From: Takakia lepidozioides
Lineage: Eukaryota > Plantae > Bryophyta
Direction: 5' to 3'
Assembly (NCBI GenBank): GCA_030704615.1
Contig: CM060734.1
Location: 45,756,001 to 45,820,000, forward strand
DNA: 64,000 nucleotides
The translations under genes were made by a program, and so were the position numbers. The notes under the pieces were generated by a model, which worked only from the letters and a program-made list of their open reading frames with translations, was not told where the DNA came from and made no database searches. Shown piece after piece: positions 37,275 to 48,797 of this stretch (within the stretch, counting starts at the first letter, position 1; each line of letters starts with the position of its first letter).

Positions 37275-39497
37275 ATGGCTGGGTTGAACGAAGCACAGTT
37301 ATTTGAATCAGGCACCTCCACCATGACCACAGCTTTTGAAAAGGGATCAACTGAGGGAGTCAACAAGAACCCTCCTCACGCTGCAGGATATGTGAGGACA
37401 TTGTGCAAGGCAGGACAATTGAAAGAGGCACTGCACATTCTGAAGCAAGGAGGCACTTTGGCACATTCCAATACATACGTTTGTCTCTTGCAGGAGTGCA
37501 TCAAGATGAAAGGCCTAGCAGAGGGAAGGCAGGTGCATGCTCACATTATCCACAGTGGATTCAAGCCTAACATCTTCCTGCTCAACACCCTCCTCAACAT
37601 GTATGCCAAGTGCAGCAGTGTAGTGGATGCGCGCCTAGTGTTTGACAAAATGCCTGAACGAGATATCGTTACGTGGAATACAATGATGTCAGGGTATACC
37701 AAGCATGGGTGTGGTAGGGAGGCCTTAGAGATTTATGAGCAAATGAAACAGGAGGGGGTGATATCAAACATGGTTACGTTCATCTGTGTTCTGAAGGCAT
37801 GTGCCAGTCTGGCAGCCCTCAGAAAGGGCATAGAGGTCCACACTGATCTCATCAAAGCTGGGATTGTGCCAGATGTAATTCTGGAGACTGCCCTTGTTGA
37901 CATGTATGCCAAATGTGGGAGCATGAAGGATGCTTGTCAAGTCTTTGACAAGATGTCTCGACGAAATGTAGTGTCATGGAGTGCCATGATTGCAGGGTAT
38001 GCTCAGCATGGGTGTGGTAGGGAGGCTTTTGAGACATATGAACAAATGATACAAGAAGGGGTATTGCCCAATAGGGTCACATTCATTTCTGTCCTCAATG
38101 CGTGTGCCAGCCTTGCAGTCCTGGAAAAGGGCAAAGAGGTCCAGGCTGACATTATTAAAGCTGGAATCGCCCCAGATATCATCCTTGAGACTGCCCTTGT
38201 TGACATGTATGCCAAATGTGGGAGCGTAAAGGATGCCCGTCAAGTGTTTGACAAAATGATTGAACGAAATGTGGTCTCATGGAATGCAATGATTGCAGGA
38301 TATGCTCAGCATGACTGTGGTACCGAGGCTTTGGCAATGTATGAGCAAATTCTTCGAGAGGGGGTGATGCCCGACAAAGTCACATTTGTTTGTGTTCTCA
38401 ATGCGTGTGCCAGCCTGGCAGCCCTAGACAAAGGCAGAGAGGTACATAGTGAGATCCTCAAAGCTGGAGTTGCGCCAGATGTAATTCTGGAGACTTCCCT
38501 TGCTGACATGTATGCCAAGTGTGGGAGCATGAAGGATGCGCGTCAAGTTTTTGACAATATGGCTGATCGAAATGTTGTCTCATGGAATGCGATGATTGCA
38601 GGATATGCTCAGCATGGGTGTGGGAAGGAGGCGCTCCGACTATTTGGACAAATGCAAAAGGAAGGCTTGAAGCCAGATGGTGTCACCTTTATATCTGTTC
38701 TTTCTGCATGTAGCCATGTTGGCCTCGTGGATGAGGGGTGTCACTACTTCGATTCCATGAGTAGACAGCATGGTCTAACTCCTACAATGGAGCATTTTGC
38801 TTGCTTGGTGGACATTCTCGGCCGTGCAGGGCGACTGGTAGAGGCGGAGGATCTCATTAACAAAATGCCAATTGAACCAGCTGCATCGGTGTGGGGAGCC
38901 TTGCTGGGTGCCTGCAGAATTCATGGCAATGTGGAGGTAGCAGGACGTGCAGCAAAATGCGTTGTCAAGGCGGATCCACAGGACGCTGCAACTTATGTGC
39001 TGCTGTCAAACATCTATGCTGCTGCTGGCAGGTGGGATGACGCAGCAAAGGTGAGGAAAATGATGCAAGACAGAGGTGTCAGAAAGGAGCCAGGGCACAG
39101 CTGCATTGAGGTGGAGAACCAGGTGCATACATTTGTGGCAGACGACAACTTGCATCCACAACTTGAGGATATTCATGCTCAGCTGAACAGATTGTCGGGG
39201 CAGATGAAGGAGGCTGGGTACGTGCCTGACACCCGCTTTGTATTGCATGGTGCTGAGGAGCAGCAAAAGGAAGCTTCTCTCTGCCACCATAGTGAGAAGC
39301 TGGCCATCGCTTTTGGGCTCATCAGCAACCCCCCTGGGACTCCTTTGTGTATCATAAAAAACCTTCGAGTGTGTGGTGACTGCCACACTGCCACCAAGTT
39401 CATCTCAAAGATTGTTGGGCAAGCAATTGTTGTACGGGATGCCAACCGCTTTCACCACTTCCAAGATGGGGTTTGTTCTTGTGGGGACTATTGGTGA
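37275..39497 (+). CDS. PLS-class PPR protein with E1-E2-DYW cytidine deaminase domain (organellar C-to-U editing factor); possible 5' exons at 35514-35606 and 36619-36749
   Basis: Open ORF with 14 PLS motifs, E1, E2, PG box (PGHSCIE), HSEKLA, CGDCH and terminal CSCGDYW*. Confidence 0.95.
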   Translation: MAGLNEAQLFESGTSTMTTAFEKGSTEGVNKNPPHAAGYVRTLCKAGQLKEALHILKQGGTLAHSNTYVCLLQECIKMKGLAEGRQVHAHIIHSGFKPNIFLLNTLLNMYAKCSSVVDARLVFDKMPERDIVTWNTMMSGYTKHGCGREALEIYEQMKQEGVISNMVTFICVLKACASLAALRKGIEVHTDLIKAGIVPDVILETALVDMYAKCGSMKDACQVFDKMSRRNVVSWSAMIAGYAQHGCGREAFETYEQMIQEGVLPNRVTFISVLNACASLAVLEKGKEVQADIIKAGIAPDIILETALVDMYAKCGSVKDARQVFDKMIERNVVSWNAMIAGYAQHDCGTEALAMYEQILREGVMPDKVTFVCVLNACASLAALDKGREVHSEILKAGVAPDVILETSLADMYAKCGSMKDARQVFDNMADRNVVSWNAMIAGYAQHGCGKEALRLFGQMQKEGLKPDGVTFISVLSACSHVGLVDEGCHYFDSMSRQHGLTPTMEHFACLVDILGRAGRLVEAEDLINKMPIEPAASVWGALLGACRIHGNVEVAGRAAKCVVKADPQDAATYVLLSNIYAAAGRWDDAAKVRKMMQDRGVRKEPGHSCIEVENQVHTFVADDNLHPQLEDIHAQLNRLSGQMKEAGYVPDTRFVLHGAEEQQKEASLCHHSEKLAIAFGLISNPPGTPLCIIKNLRVCGDCHTATKFISKIVGQAIVVRDANRFHHFQDGVCSCGDYW

Positions 39498-40851
39498 ATT
39501 GAGCAACATGCATGAAAGAAAGTACTTCGCTTACCTAAGGTGATAAGCTTAAGTATGTCTGTTTCAAGGAAAATGGGGAGGAATTACTTATGCCGTTGAG
39601 TGTGATAGTTGGTATGTCTGTGGCCGTCACATCGCAATCTGAAGCATACATACTGGCAGATCTAAAAGAGGATGAAAGGGATTGATGAAAAGCTGAGATG
39701 GCCAAATTCAATAGGTCTAAGTTGTCACCCTCTCCGAGAATTGCTATAATTGAAAGTGCACAAGAGTGGGAGGATGATCAATCGTGTGGTAATGCAGAAG
39801 TAGTCAATGAGAACCTTATTGAGTCTCCTGAGGGAGTTGGTGACAGATTGCAAGAATTAGTTTGAAGTGAAGAGGGTAGCATGTTATGCTGGGAGGAGGT
39901 TAAAAAGGTGGCCTTCAACCAAAGGATGACTGATAAATTGAAAGTGTGGCTGGAAAAAATGTCAGTCCCATGGGCCAGCAAGGATGGGCACAAAGTAGGA
40001 CCACTTCATTATATGAGATCACATCTCAGCTGGCAATTGCATGCAGTAAATGGCTATATTCAATCTGAGTGCTCACTTGTATGAGTTCATCCACAGTCCT
40101 GCATTGTCACAGAGATGAATTGAAGAGACACTGGATTGAGTTACTGTGGTCATTCATTTCTTAGTGAAATGGGGGGTTAACCATGTCAGATGAGCCATCG
40201 AGGTGCGAGTGGATTTGCTCTTTGGTGAGGAAGCGACTTTCCGCCTTGTTTATTTTCCTTATTTTCTGCTCTCCCTCTCACTTTTTAAGAGTCAGTCTAT
40301 ATCTTTGCTGACAGTCAGGCTGTCAGTAAGAATCTCTCCAGACCTTTAAACAAAATCCCAGACACAACTCAAGGTTTAGTTTCTTTTCAAAAGAGTATTG
40401 AGGATTCAACCCATATCAACTGGTGGATAAAAATTGAAGTGGAGTGACTTCGAAAGCAAGAGAGGGAAAGACCCAAATTCAAATTCAGTTGTGTTCAGAA
40501 AGTTGAAGGGATGCAAACCGTTGTGAGAGCCTCCTTCACCTAGACAAAACCATCACACAAGGCTTGCTCCGGTTAGAGGAGAGAGGATGACTAGTGGGGC
40601 TTTCTCTAGTATCCGACCAGACCCTGACACCAGGTCTGACTGAGGACATATAGGCCTTGAGGAAGGGAAGGGATCAAAAGAAGACCTTCCTTATCCATAA
40701 ACCTAAATATGCCATATTCTCTTTGTACTGGAGGGGAATTTTTTTTCTCAATTTCTGTTGTCCATTCACCCACTGCCATCATGAATGAGCATTTGAGTGC
40801 TTCCAATGCCAAAGAGTAGGAACATTCTGATCCCCTGATGATTTGGACTAG

Positions 40852-42806
40852 TCAAATAGCAGCAGCATAGAGATTGGATAGAGTAGCCATAACAGGTTGA
40901 AAAGAGTGGGACAGTGGTGTGATGGACACAGCACGCAGCTGTTGCGCATGGCCCCCCTTAGGAGACCTCAACACCATTGACATCATCTCCCCTTGCAACA
41001 CTTCCCCTGCCATTTCCGCTACATCAAGAAACACAGTAGACATAGCATACACAAGAGTAAGCAATCATCTCTGCCAATGGGCTATTTACAACAGATCCTT
41101 CTAAGTCCATGTCTCTGGGCTGTCTCCCTGGAAGGGCTTTGCACAGGATGGAAGTGTACACACAGTAAAACAAATATACAGGAAAACTACAACTACTGTT
41201 TAGCTAACATTGCTTCACGTGGTACAAAGGAAAGGTCAAAAGCTCAACCAGATTCTATCATGAGACCATGCTTTTGTTTTAACATCAAAGACGACTAAGA
41301 GTACCTGCACAGGTGTTGCTGGAGGCGAACCGAACAAACTCATCAGCTGAGCAGCCCATGAGAGCTTGAGCAGCTCGGTCAAAAGCCACCACCACCATCA
41401 CTCTTTCCTGTGTTGCGACAGACAACTGCCACAGACTCTAATATATCTCTTGTATACCTCTTCAAACTGGCTGGGGCTCATCATGCAAAGGTTATACCAC
41501 TAAAGTGTTTGAAAAACAATGATTGTGTTTTCTGTCATGACAGTGGTCCAGAATTTCCCAGAGGACGATGACAGTCCTTCCCACTCAACCAAGACTCGAC
41601 CTATTTTGGAAAGGCACACTTTTGTATCCATCGTACCCAGTGAACCCTTGCTCAATGCAGTCAGAAAGCTTTCTGTCTGCCTTATTGCATCTCTAATTGC
41701 TCAAGGACAAAGTTGGGGAAGAGCTGCGTGGCGGGATCCACAACTTGTGGTTTGAACAGGGTTTGAAATTTGAAGTGACACTCTACAAAGCAGATAAGGA
41801 AATCCATGAACCAAGTGCTTGCAGCCAGTCAATAGAGGGTGGAGAACCCCATACAAGCAAGCGGTACAAATGTTTTGTGGTTGGAGTGTTTGGATTGCGA
41901 GGCCGGCTTCTGCAACGGTCACAGGGATGGCGGTGTGGCACTCCTGAGTCATGGCTATGGCTGTTGGTCTCTGGGACAACCCGTTCACACGTCCAACACA
42001 CTCTGTAACTGTCGACAATCATGATATCAGCAATAATATTTGTGTGGTAGCAAATGATGAGATGAGTATCTGGACTCAGGCTGCGTGTTCTCTTAAACCC
42101 TCTTAACACACAACATTTATAGGGCATTCTCACAGACTTGGATTATTATCTAAATGCCAAAAAGTATAGAAGTGGACACACACCCGAAACGCAACAGGCA
42201 CGCACGTACCCATTGATCAGTGCAGGTCAGGAACACAAGCACTATAGCTGAGCTTACCAAGAGCATAACTAAGGATCTGCTTTGCCATACCCTTGTGGCC
42301 ACGGACCACAGAGCCGCTTTGGACAAAGCAAAAACTGGGGGAGGAGTGTACGAGGGCAGAAAAGATTGAAAAACACTATTGAGGGATTCTCGCTCTGAAT
42401 GTGCGATTCTGGAGGTGAAGTTGATTGTGTTATTGAAGGTTTCCTTCCACCGTTCGCCACATAACGGATATGATGATAAATTTGACCCCAGACTTTCAGA
42501 ATCAAGCAGGGTCACATTTTCTAACATTGTCTCGACCCTATTAAACTGAAAGAGAACACCCAGCAACGAACATCTCGCTCAGTTGCTCAGTGATAGAGAT
42601 AGAGAACCCCATGTTCAACAAGAGCGACTTCAGTCAAGTCTTTCTACATAACCCATAACCAAACTGCCTCTTTGAAATCGAATTGACGATTGAGAGTATT
42701 TTACTGTGGAGGGTTTTGTGCCAGAGAGAGAAGGGGTGCACACAAACCAGAGGCTGGCCGAGTCCAGTGCCACAATGCTGCAATAAGAGACGTGCAGATC
42801 GCCCAT
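40852..42806 (-). CDS. Small RPA1 C-terminal-like OB-fold/zinc-finger protein (exons 42748-42806, 41855-42008, 41305-41425, 40852-41018)
   Basis: In-phase GT-AG splicing gives ...CYRVCWTCER...CDRC...HLYRLL|LSVAT...VVAFDRAAQALMGCSADEF...LQGEMM...LRAVSITPL. It has a C4 zinc ribbon and an FD..A..LxG.SADE motif. Confidence 0.85.
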
Positions 42807-43412
42807 CACGCAACCTTCTCCTTCTTTCTACTTCTTCGCATCCTCTGCCCTCAACAGGACAGGAGAGGGAGGGAAATAGGGAGGGATAGGACAGAGGACA
42901 GGCATATATTCTTCTTTCTCGTTTGACAAGCAGTTTGAGCAGAATGCAATGGAGTCAGTCACCAACAATGCATGGGTAGGTGATCCATACCCATGTCGGT
43001 AGGATTTTTTTTGTTTCTTATTTCCCTAGAAGGTGTGCAGGTTTGAGTCTATTTTTTCTGGTTTCTGCCGTGGAGGACAGTAACCTCCAGGATGAAAAAA
43101 ATCCAGCGTGTTCACACTGGCGGATCAGCAAACGCCGTGATCAGCCCACCTATGTGGGTCCCCCACTGCCCGTCCGCCGGCTGATGGCCCCCTGGGTCTC
43201 ATCTCTCTTCTTTTTCTCTCTCCCATCCATCCGCAAGCACCGTCGTCTATCTCTCCGTCTTTATCTGCCCACAATCTCATCATCTCTCTCTCTTCTCTTG
43301 AGGGGGTCTTGCGTGGGTTTGCCGAACGGCCGTGTTGTGGTGGGGAAAAGAAGGCAGAGAGGAAGGCGGCAAGTTGTCAGATAGTTGGGTTGTGTGCTCT
43401 CAGTTCAGGTTC

Positions 43413-45630
43413 ATGTCAGATCTCGATATTCAGATCCCTGGCGCCTTTGGTACGTTTCATCACTATGCCGGTTTGTTCTTGTTTGGGGTTGCATTTGAGG
43501 GCAGCGCGAGTCCTTTGGTTCTTGCGTAGTAGTGTTGAGCGAGAAAGCTTTGCTGCCGATCTGCCCTGGTATGGTGATCTATGGATGTTAGGGACTACGC
43601 TTGAGTGTTTGCGGTCAGTCTTAGATGTGTGGTTGCGCCGTCAGTCGTGCACAGAATTGGGGATGCAGGGACTTTAGGCCTATGGAAACTTTACTGAAGG
43701 TGGAGAAAGAATTGGGAGAGACTTATTGTGGTGTAGAGACTTATTGACATGCTAGATCTTTGTACGGCTGAACAGCAATAGTTTAAGCTTGGGTAGGAAG
43801 GTGTGCGTTTTTACCTCCCTTACTTAGTCTGATCGAATACTCGTTTGGTATGGTCAAGTCGTACGTGGTACACTCGACGTCCGTAAGGCTCTAGAAGCAT
43901 GAATCATCAGCCCATCTGCGAAACCTCAGTGATAAAGTCAATCTGTTGTTTTGGGTAGAGGGTGTACTGTTAGTTCTTCATTGTTTGCACGGTTCTCGAA
44001 GGTGGTCTGTGCTGCCTGAAGTTGGCAGATGCAGATTGAGATGATTCAGGTGGAACTTTTTATTTTCTCAAGGATCGCCCAAGGGTTTTGAAGGTTGTCA
44101 AGTGTTTGTAGTGCCCCCAGATGTGGGTTGTCATGTGCACTAGGAAAGGCTTTCTTTTATGAACTAAAGCACTTTATTCTCTGCATCGTGTATAATAGAC
44201 TGGAGAAGCTAGAGATTTGGTTTTCATTGTGTTATTCTTTCAGTTTTGGCTCCAGGGAAGTGGGTTGAGTATAGGGGGTTCACAAGTTCTGAATAAAGTC
44301 TTTTTTTATCATATTGAGGTTCAAGTATACTCGGAACTTAATCATGCCTACGTTTCCATATCGGATGTCTTGTTGGGATTGTCCAGAATGTCAGGATGTG
44401 ACTTTGATTGTATGGTTGGCCTTGCCGATGTGTACTCATTCCCTGATGAGTTGTCATGGTGTGTTGGAAATCAGATCCGTTCGCAGAGGCGAATGCTGAG
44501 GACTCAGGGGCAGGGTCGAAAGACTATGTACATGTCCGGGTACAGCAGCGCAACGGAAGAAAGAGTTTGACAACTGTGCAGGGGCTGAAAAAGGAGTTCA
44601 ACTACAACAAAATTCTAAAGGACTTCAAGAAGGTTTGGACTTCTTGCATCTGGTTTTGTTCCTTGTGCGTCTTCAAGCAAATGGCTTGTGAGCTGCTGCA
44701 GTGTTGTGTATTTTGAATACTTATAATGTCAAGTGCTTTGTTACTTCCAATCAGTCTATTATTTCTAATCAGGGAATGTCTTGATTCTTCACAGGATTTA
44801 ATAACTTGAAGTATTGGAATTTGGGGTTGTTATGGATTTCATCCTAAATTTCTATCCACCAAGGTTGTTGTCAGCTTCCTTCACCAACTTACTCTTTGAA
44901 TGTGCAAGTATGTGCAGGAGTTTTGTTGCAACGGGACAGTTGTGCAAGACCCCGAGCTGGGTCAGGTATGTCTCTTTCTGTTTTCTAGCTCTTGAAACTT
45001 CTGTAAAGCTGTAGCTGCTACTGTGAACAACTTCAAGACAAGGTCACCACTGCTATCTTGTGGTAGGTGGGTACATGTCTGTGTCAAACTGCAATCAAAT
45101 CACAGCCACCTAAGCAAGATGGTTGAACTGCTTTTCTAACAGTAGCATGATTCTTTCTTGATGTCCGTTTGGGTCTCAACAATGATTGGGTCCAAGTAGG
45201 GTAGAGAAGCTGCTGTATTACCATTTCATTAAGTGGGAGGAGGGAATGTGCTCTGTGGGGGCCTTGTTGCAGAAGACGTCTTCCATCACCTGTCTTGTAG
45301 AGGTATGCTTATGTGATTTGCTTGGTGGATGTAATACAGGTGATACAGCTGCAGGGCGACCAGCGGAAGAATGTTTCACAGTTTCTTGTACTGGTGAGGA
45401 TTGGTTGTCCATGTCCTCATCTCACGGCGTGAATTCCCCATTTAGAACCGGTTACTTCTTGGATGGAAGATGGTGACATAGTTGCTCACTGTTGAACGCT
45501 GCTGTGTGTGTTGTGACCCTTCCAAGTTTCTGTGTAGCTGTTGGTGTTGCCGTCTCTCTCATTTGGGTCTGTTTTGTGGACACAGGCTGGCGTCGTTAAG
45601 AAGGATCTGATCAAGATCCATGGGTTTTAA
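43413..45630 (+). CDS. SUI1: Translation initiation factor eIF1 (exons 43413-43449, 44475-44632, 44918-44965, 45340-45393, 45586-45630; 113 aa)
   Basis: MSDLDIQIPGAFDPFAEANAED...YVHVRVQQRNGRKSLTTVQGL...FCCNGTVV...VIQLQGDQR...IKIHGF*; all junctions in phase. Confidence 0.97.
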
Positions 45631-47354
45631 GCCCAATATTTTCAACGCACTTCTGTATCTCAGCATCCAGGTGGTGGCCAGGCCAAACAGGAGGTTGATC
45701 TGACTATCTCCCATATTTATCACGAGAGACATCACTGCGGGATGTGGGTGGTTTGTAGAAGAAGCAGAAACCAGTGTCGGAAGGGCTCATATGTAGGAGG
45801 GGGTGGGGTAGATGTCCCCAGTTCCTTGCAGCTGATACTCTTCTCTATATTTGCTCGTGATTGGATTTGGCACTTATTTGATGAACAGGCAAAGAGGTAA
45901 TGCTCAATTTCTTACACAGTTCTTCCATTCAGAGGGCATTGCGCCACAGTGTCTGCCTTCTTTCTTGTTTGTTATATTTGCAGTGTGAAGTTTATAAAGT
46001 TCTATCCAAAAAAAGGTAGAAATTTTGTAGAAAGGATGACTTGGTGGGCAGATGGGAATGTCCTTATTGAAAGATTTTTTTTATTTGAACTTGGGAAACG
46101 TGTAATGAAATGGATGGTTGCATTGATTTTTGGATTGCTTGGTGTTGTTATGGATGAGTCAGGTCCTTTTGAGAGTGTCATTGAACACTTTTTCAAACCT
46201 GATCACCGAGTGCTTGGTGAGGCTTTCAAGTACACCCCTTGATATTTGGATAATGTTGGAGTGTTATGAAGAACAGTTTCTTGGGACCGGTGATTGGAGT
46301 TTAGATGTTAGGTTTTCAATCCTACTGCCAACACAAGCATACCACTGATGTGTTGGTTGCTAACCCTTTGCTTGATATGATATGGAAATTCTATCAGCTT
46401 ATATAGACTTAGTCGCAATTGAAACTGTTTACTGTTGTGCAATATCTGTGGGATGGACTGAACAACTGACACTCTTTTCACTTACCCCATCAAGTGTTTA
46501 ACCAAGTAATAGATTTCCTATCTTCAGATGCTCCAAGTTTATGGCTCCTCCAGTTCTGAAAGAGTCATTCCTTACTAAGAACAACATATAATCCCCTCAA
46601 AATGACCAACAATCCAAACGTGTACCATGTGCAGCACATTTCCTCCATCCTATATCTGAGTTGAGCACTACTCTTTGCATGTGAGTACTACCTCTTCCAT
46701 TGTAGAAATCGAATTATACATACTCTCAGCTAATACCTAGCCACAAACAACTTAGCTGCATGCAAAAGATGTGATCTCTCGAGCTGGAATCTGTAGCAGG
46801 GATTCAACCCATCAGCGGTGAAATAGTCTTAGGGCCCCATGCCTTCGACCCACCATAGAGTGGTCCCCTGTTTGGAAGGGCAATCCAAGCATGGCCTATC
46901 CTGGAAACCCTACAGCTTGCCAATCCTGGTAATCTCATCCCTCTTAAGAGACTAAGCAGTGTCATAGGACAATAGGAATGTTGTATTGGTTCCATATCAA
47001 TGCCCCAAACCAACTACCAAGCAGTAGGAACATTGTCTCCAGGGAGACTATCTCCATTCAAGCTCTCCTCAACAAAAGTCGGCTACCATGAGGATTGAAG
47101 ATCGGCCTATGGTTAAATGAGGTTCTGATTCCATTGCTTGCTTTTCTGACAATTCTCTCCCCTCCATGTCAGGAGTTCATACTTACTCTACACACTTGCC
47201 TACTAATGAGTGTAGTGCTTACAAGTGCCTTCGTCTTGAAGCCAATCATATCCTCCTAGATCCCCTGAGCCAGGAACTGCTTTCCTGACTAAGGGCTTAT
47301 TTGGTGGTTCTCTAATTGGGGAACAACTTGAGTATAGTTTAGAGAGAAAGCATT

Positions 47355-47800
47355 TCTACGAGATGGTTTGCGTACCGTTGCAGATGTTGTCATTGCCAAT
47401 CCTACTTGATCTGACTTATTTCTCGATCGGCCTCTTTCCAAGGCACTGCCGTTTTGATTGCTGCACAGACCAAGCAACGAGACTATCAAGACCGTCATCC
47501 TACAGATGCGTTCCTTCCATTGGCTGTGGAAATCTTTGGATGTCTTCATTGTCAGTTCGACGACTTTCTTGGTACTTGTGCTCATCATGCTGCTCAGAAC
47601 AAGATCAATGTCATTCCCCATGCTTCCGTCGTCGTAGCTTTCTACAGACAACGGTTTCCGTAGCTCTACAGAGGGCACAGGCCATGTCCATCTTGCATTG
47701 GGCTACTGTAGTTGGCATGGCTTAATGTCATCATTCTGCTCTTCCCCATGTCACACCCATTTCTTTGCCTGATGTGATTAAGGCAGTTGGATGGGATGAT
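47355..47800 (+). mobile_element. 3' fragment of a CRE-like non-LTR retrotransposon (restriction-like endonuclease domain)
   Basis: TVADVVIANPT...AAQTKQRDY...FLPLAVEIFG...VALQRAQA resembles the PD-(D/E)xK RLE C-terminus. Frameshifted. Confidence 0.55.
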
Positions 47801-47969
47801 CATTTGGTTTGACTGGCTTGCCACGCTTTCTTTTTCATTTCTTTATGTTAAATCTTCCCTTGCTATGGAAGCTATATTTGCAACGGCAGTGATGATACAT
47901 AATAAATGACGCTGCCGAATAGATGAATATATATGGCCCTTTAACAACAAAGCCTCTTTAGTTAAAGAC

Positions 47970-48275
47970 TAGTGTGGCCTATACCTTGAGCACATATTGT
48001 AAGTATATATGTATTCAACTATAAAAGATATTGTAAAGGCCTTTATTCCAAGAAAACCCAATTTTCTATTTCTCATGAATTTTCAGTGACGAAAAAACTT
48101 GAAATTCAATATCTCCAACACTGTAGGTCCAATTATGAAAGCACCTGGATGCACCCTTACTCATCGAGGGAGGGCTTTCCAGCGCTAACAAGACCCTGGG
48201 TGGAGGCCTTGCGGTTTGGGAGATCTCAACGATGAAACAAAACAAACAAACAAAACAAAACAAACTACCTTGCTA
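47970..48275 (-). mobile_element. Diverged short copy of the 24-29 kb Helitron family
   Basis: Shares GAGGGCTTTCCA...GCGGTTTGGGAGATCTCAACG...(AAAAC)n with the array units. Confidence 0.6.
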
Positions 48276-48797
48276 ACATCCAGGCGTAATAAGATCAAAT
48301 TTGTTGAAAACCAAAAAAATTTAACTCTTTGAAAATTTTGAAATGTTGGCCTGAAATGAAATATCTTAACATATTCACTTTTGGATATTCAAAAAATTGC
48401 TTGATAGTCCTACGAGGTTGCCAAAATGAAATAGAGGACATTCTATGAGGGAAGTAATTTCAAGTAAAAAATAAGAGTCGCATACATATTCTAGCGACGA
48501 CCCAAGGTCGGACGCTAGTTTAGCATAGAGCAGGAATAGGGTGCCATAGTGCCACGTCATCGTCACCACGTTTCGTCGCCACGTCATCGTAGTCAGGTCA
48601 TCATAGACACGTCATCGTAGCCAGAATTTCTTTGGAATCTGCCTGGACGGCCCGCGCGAAATAGGCCAATAGAAATCGCCGCGCCAACTTTTTCGGAACT
48701 GCCGCAATGCCCGGATCTTGATCTTCTTGAACTGCAGGAGCTCTGCCGCCATCGTTCACCTTGCAAGCTGCAAGCTCTCAACGAATTGAGGAAATCC

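Noticed and set aside
37275-39497. U-to-C (DYW:KP-type) editing factor
   Set aside because: It has a PG box, HSE and a DYW terminus typical of C-to-U enzymes.
40852-42806. Functional clustering of the RPA-like gene with PDF-PPR as an ssDNA system
   Set aside because: Adjacency alone is weak evidence in a plant genome, and the two proteins likely act in different compartments.
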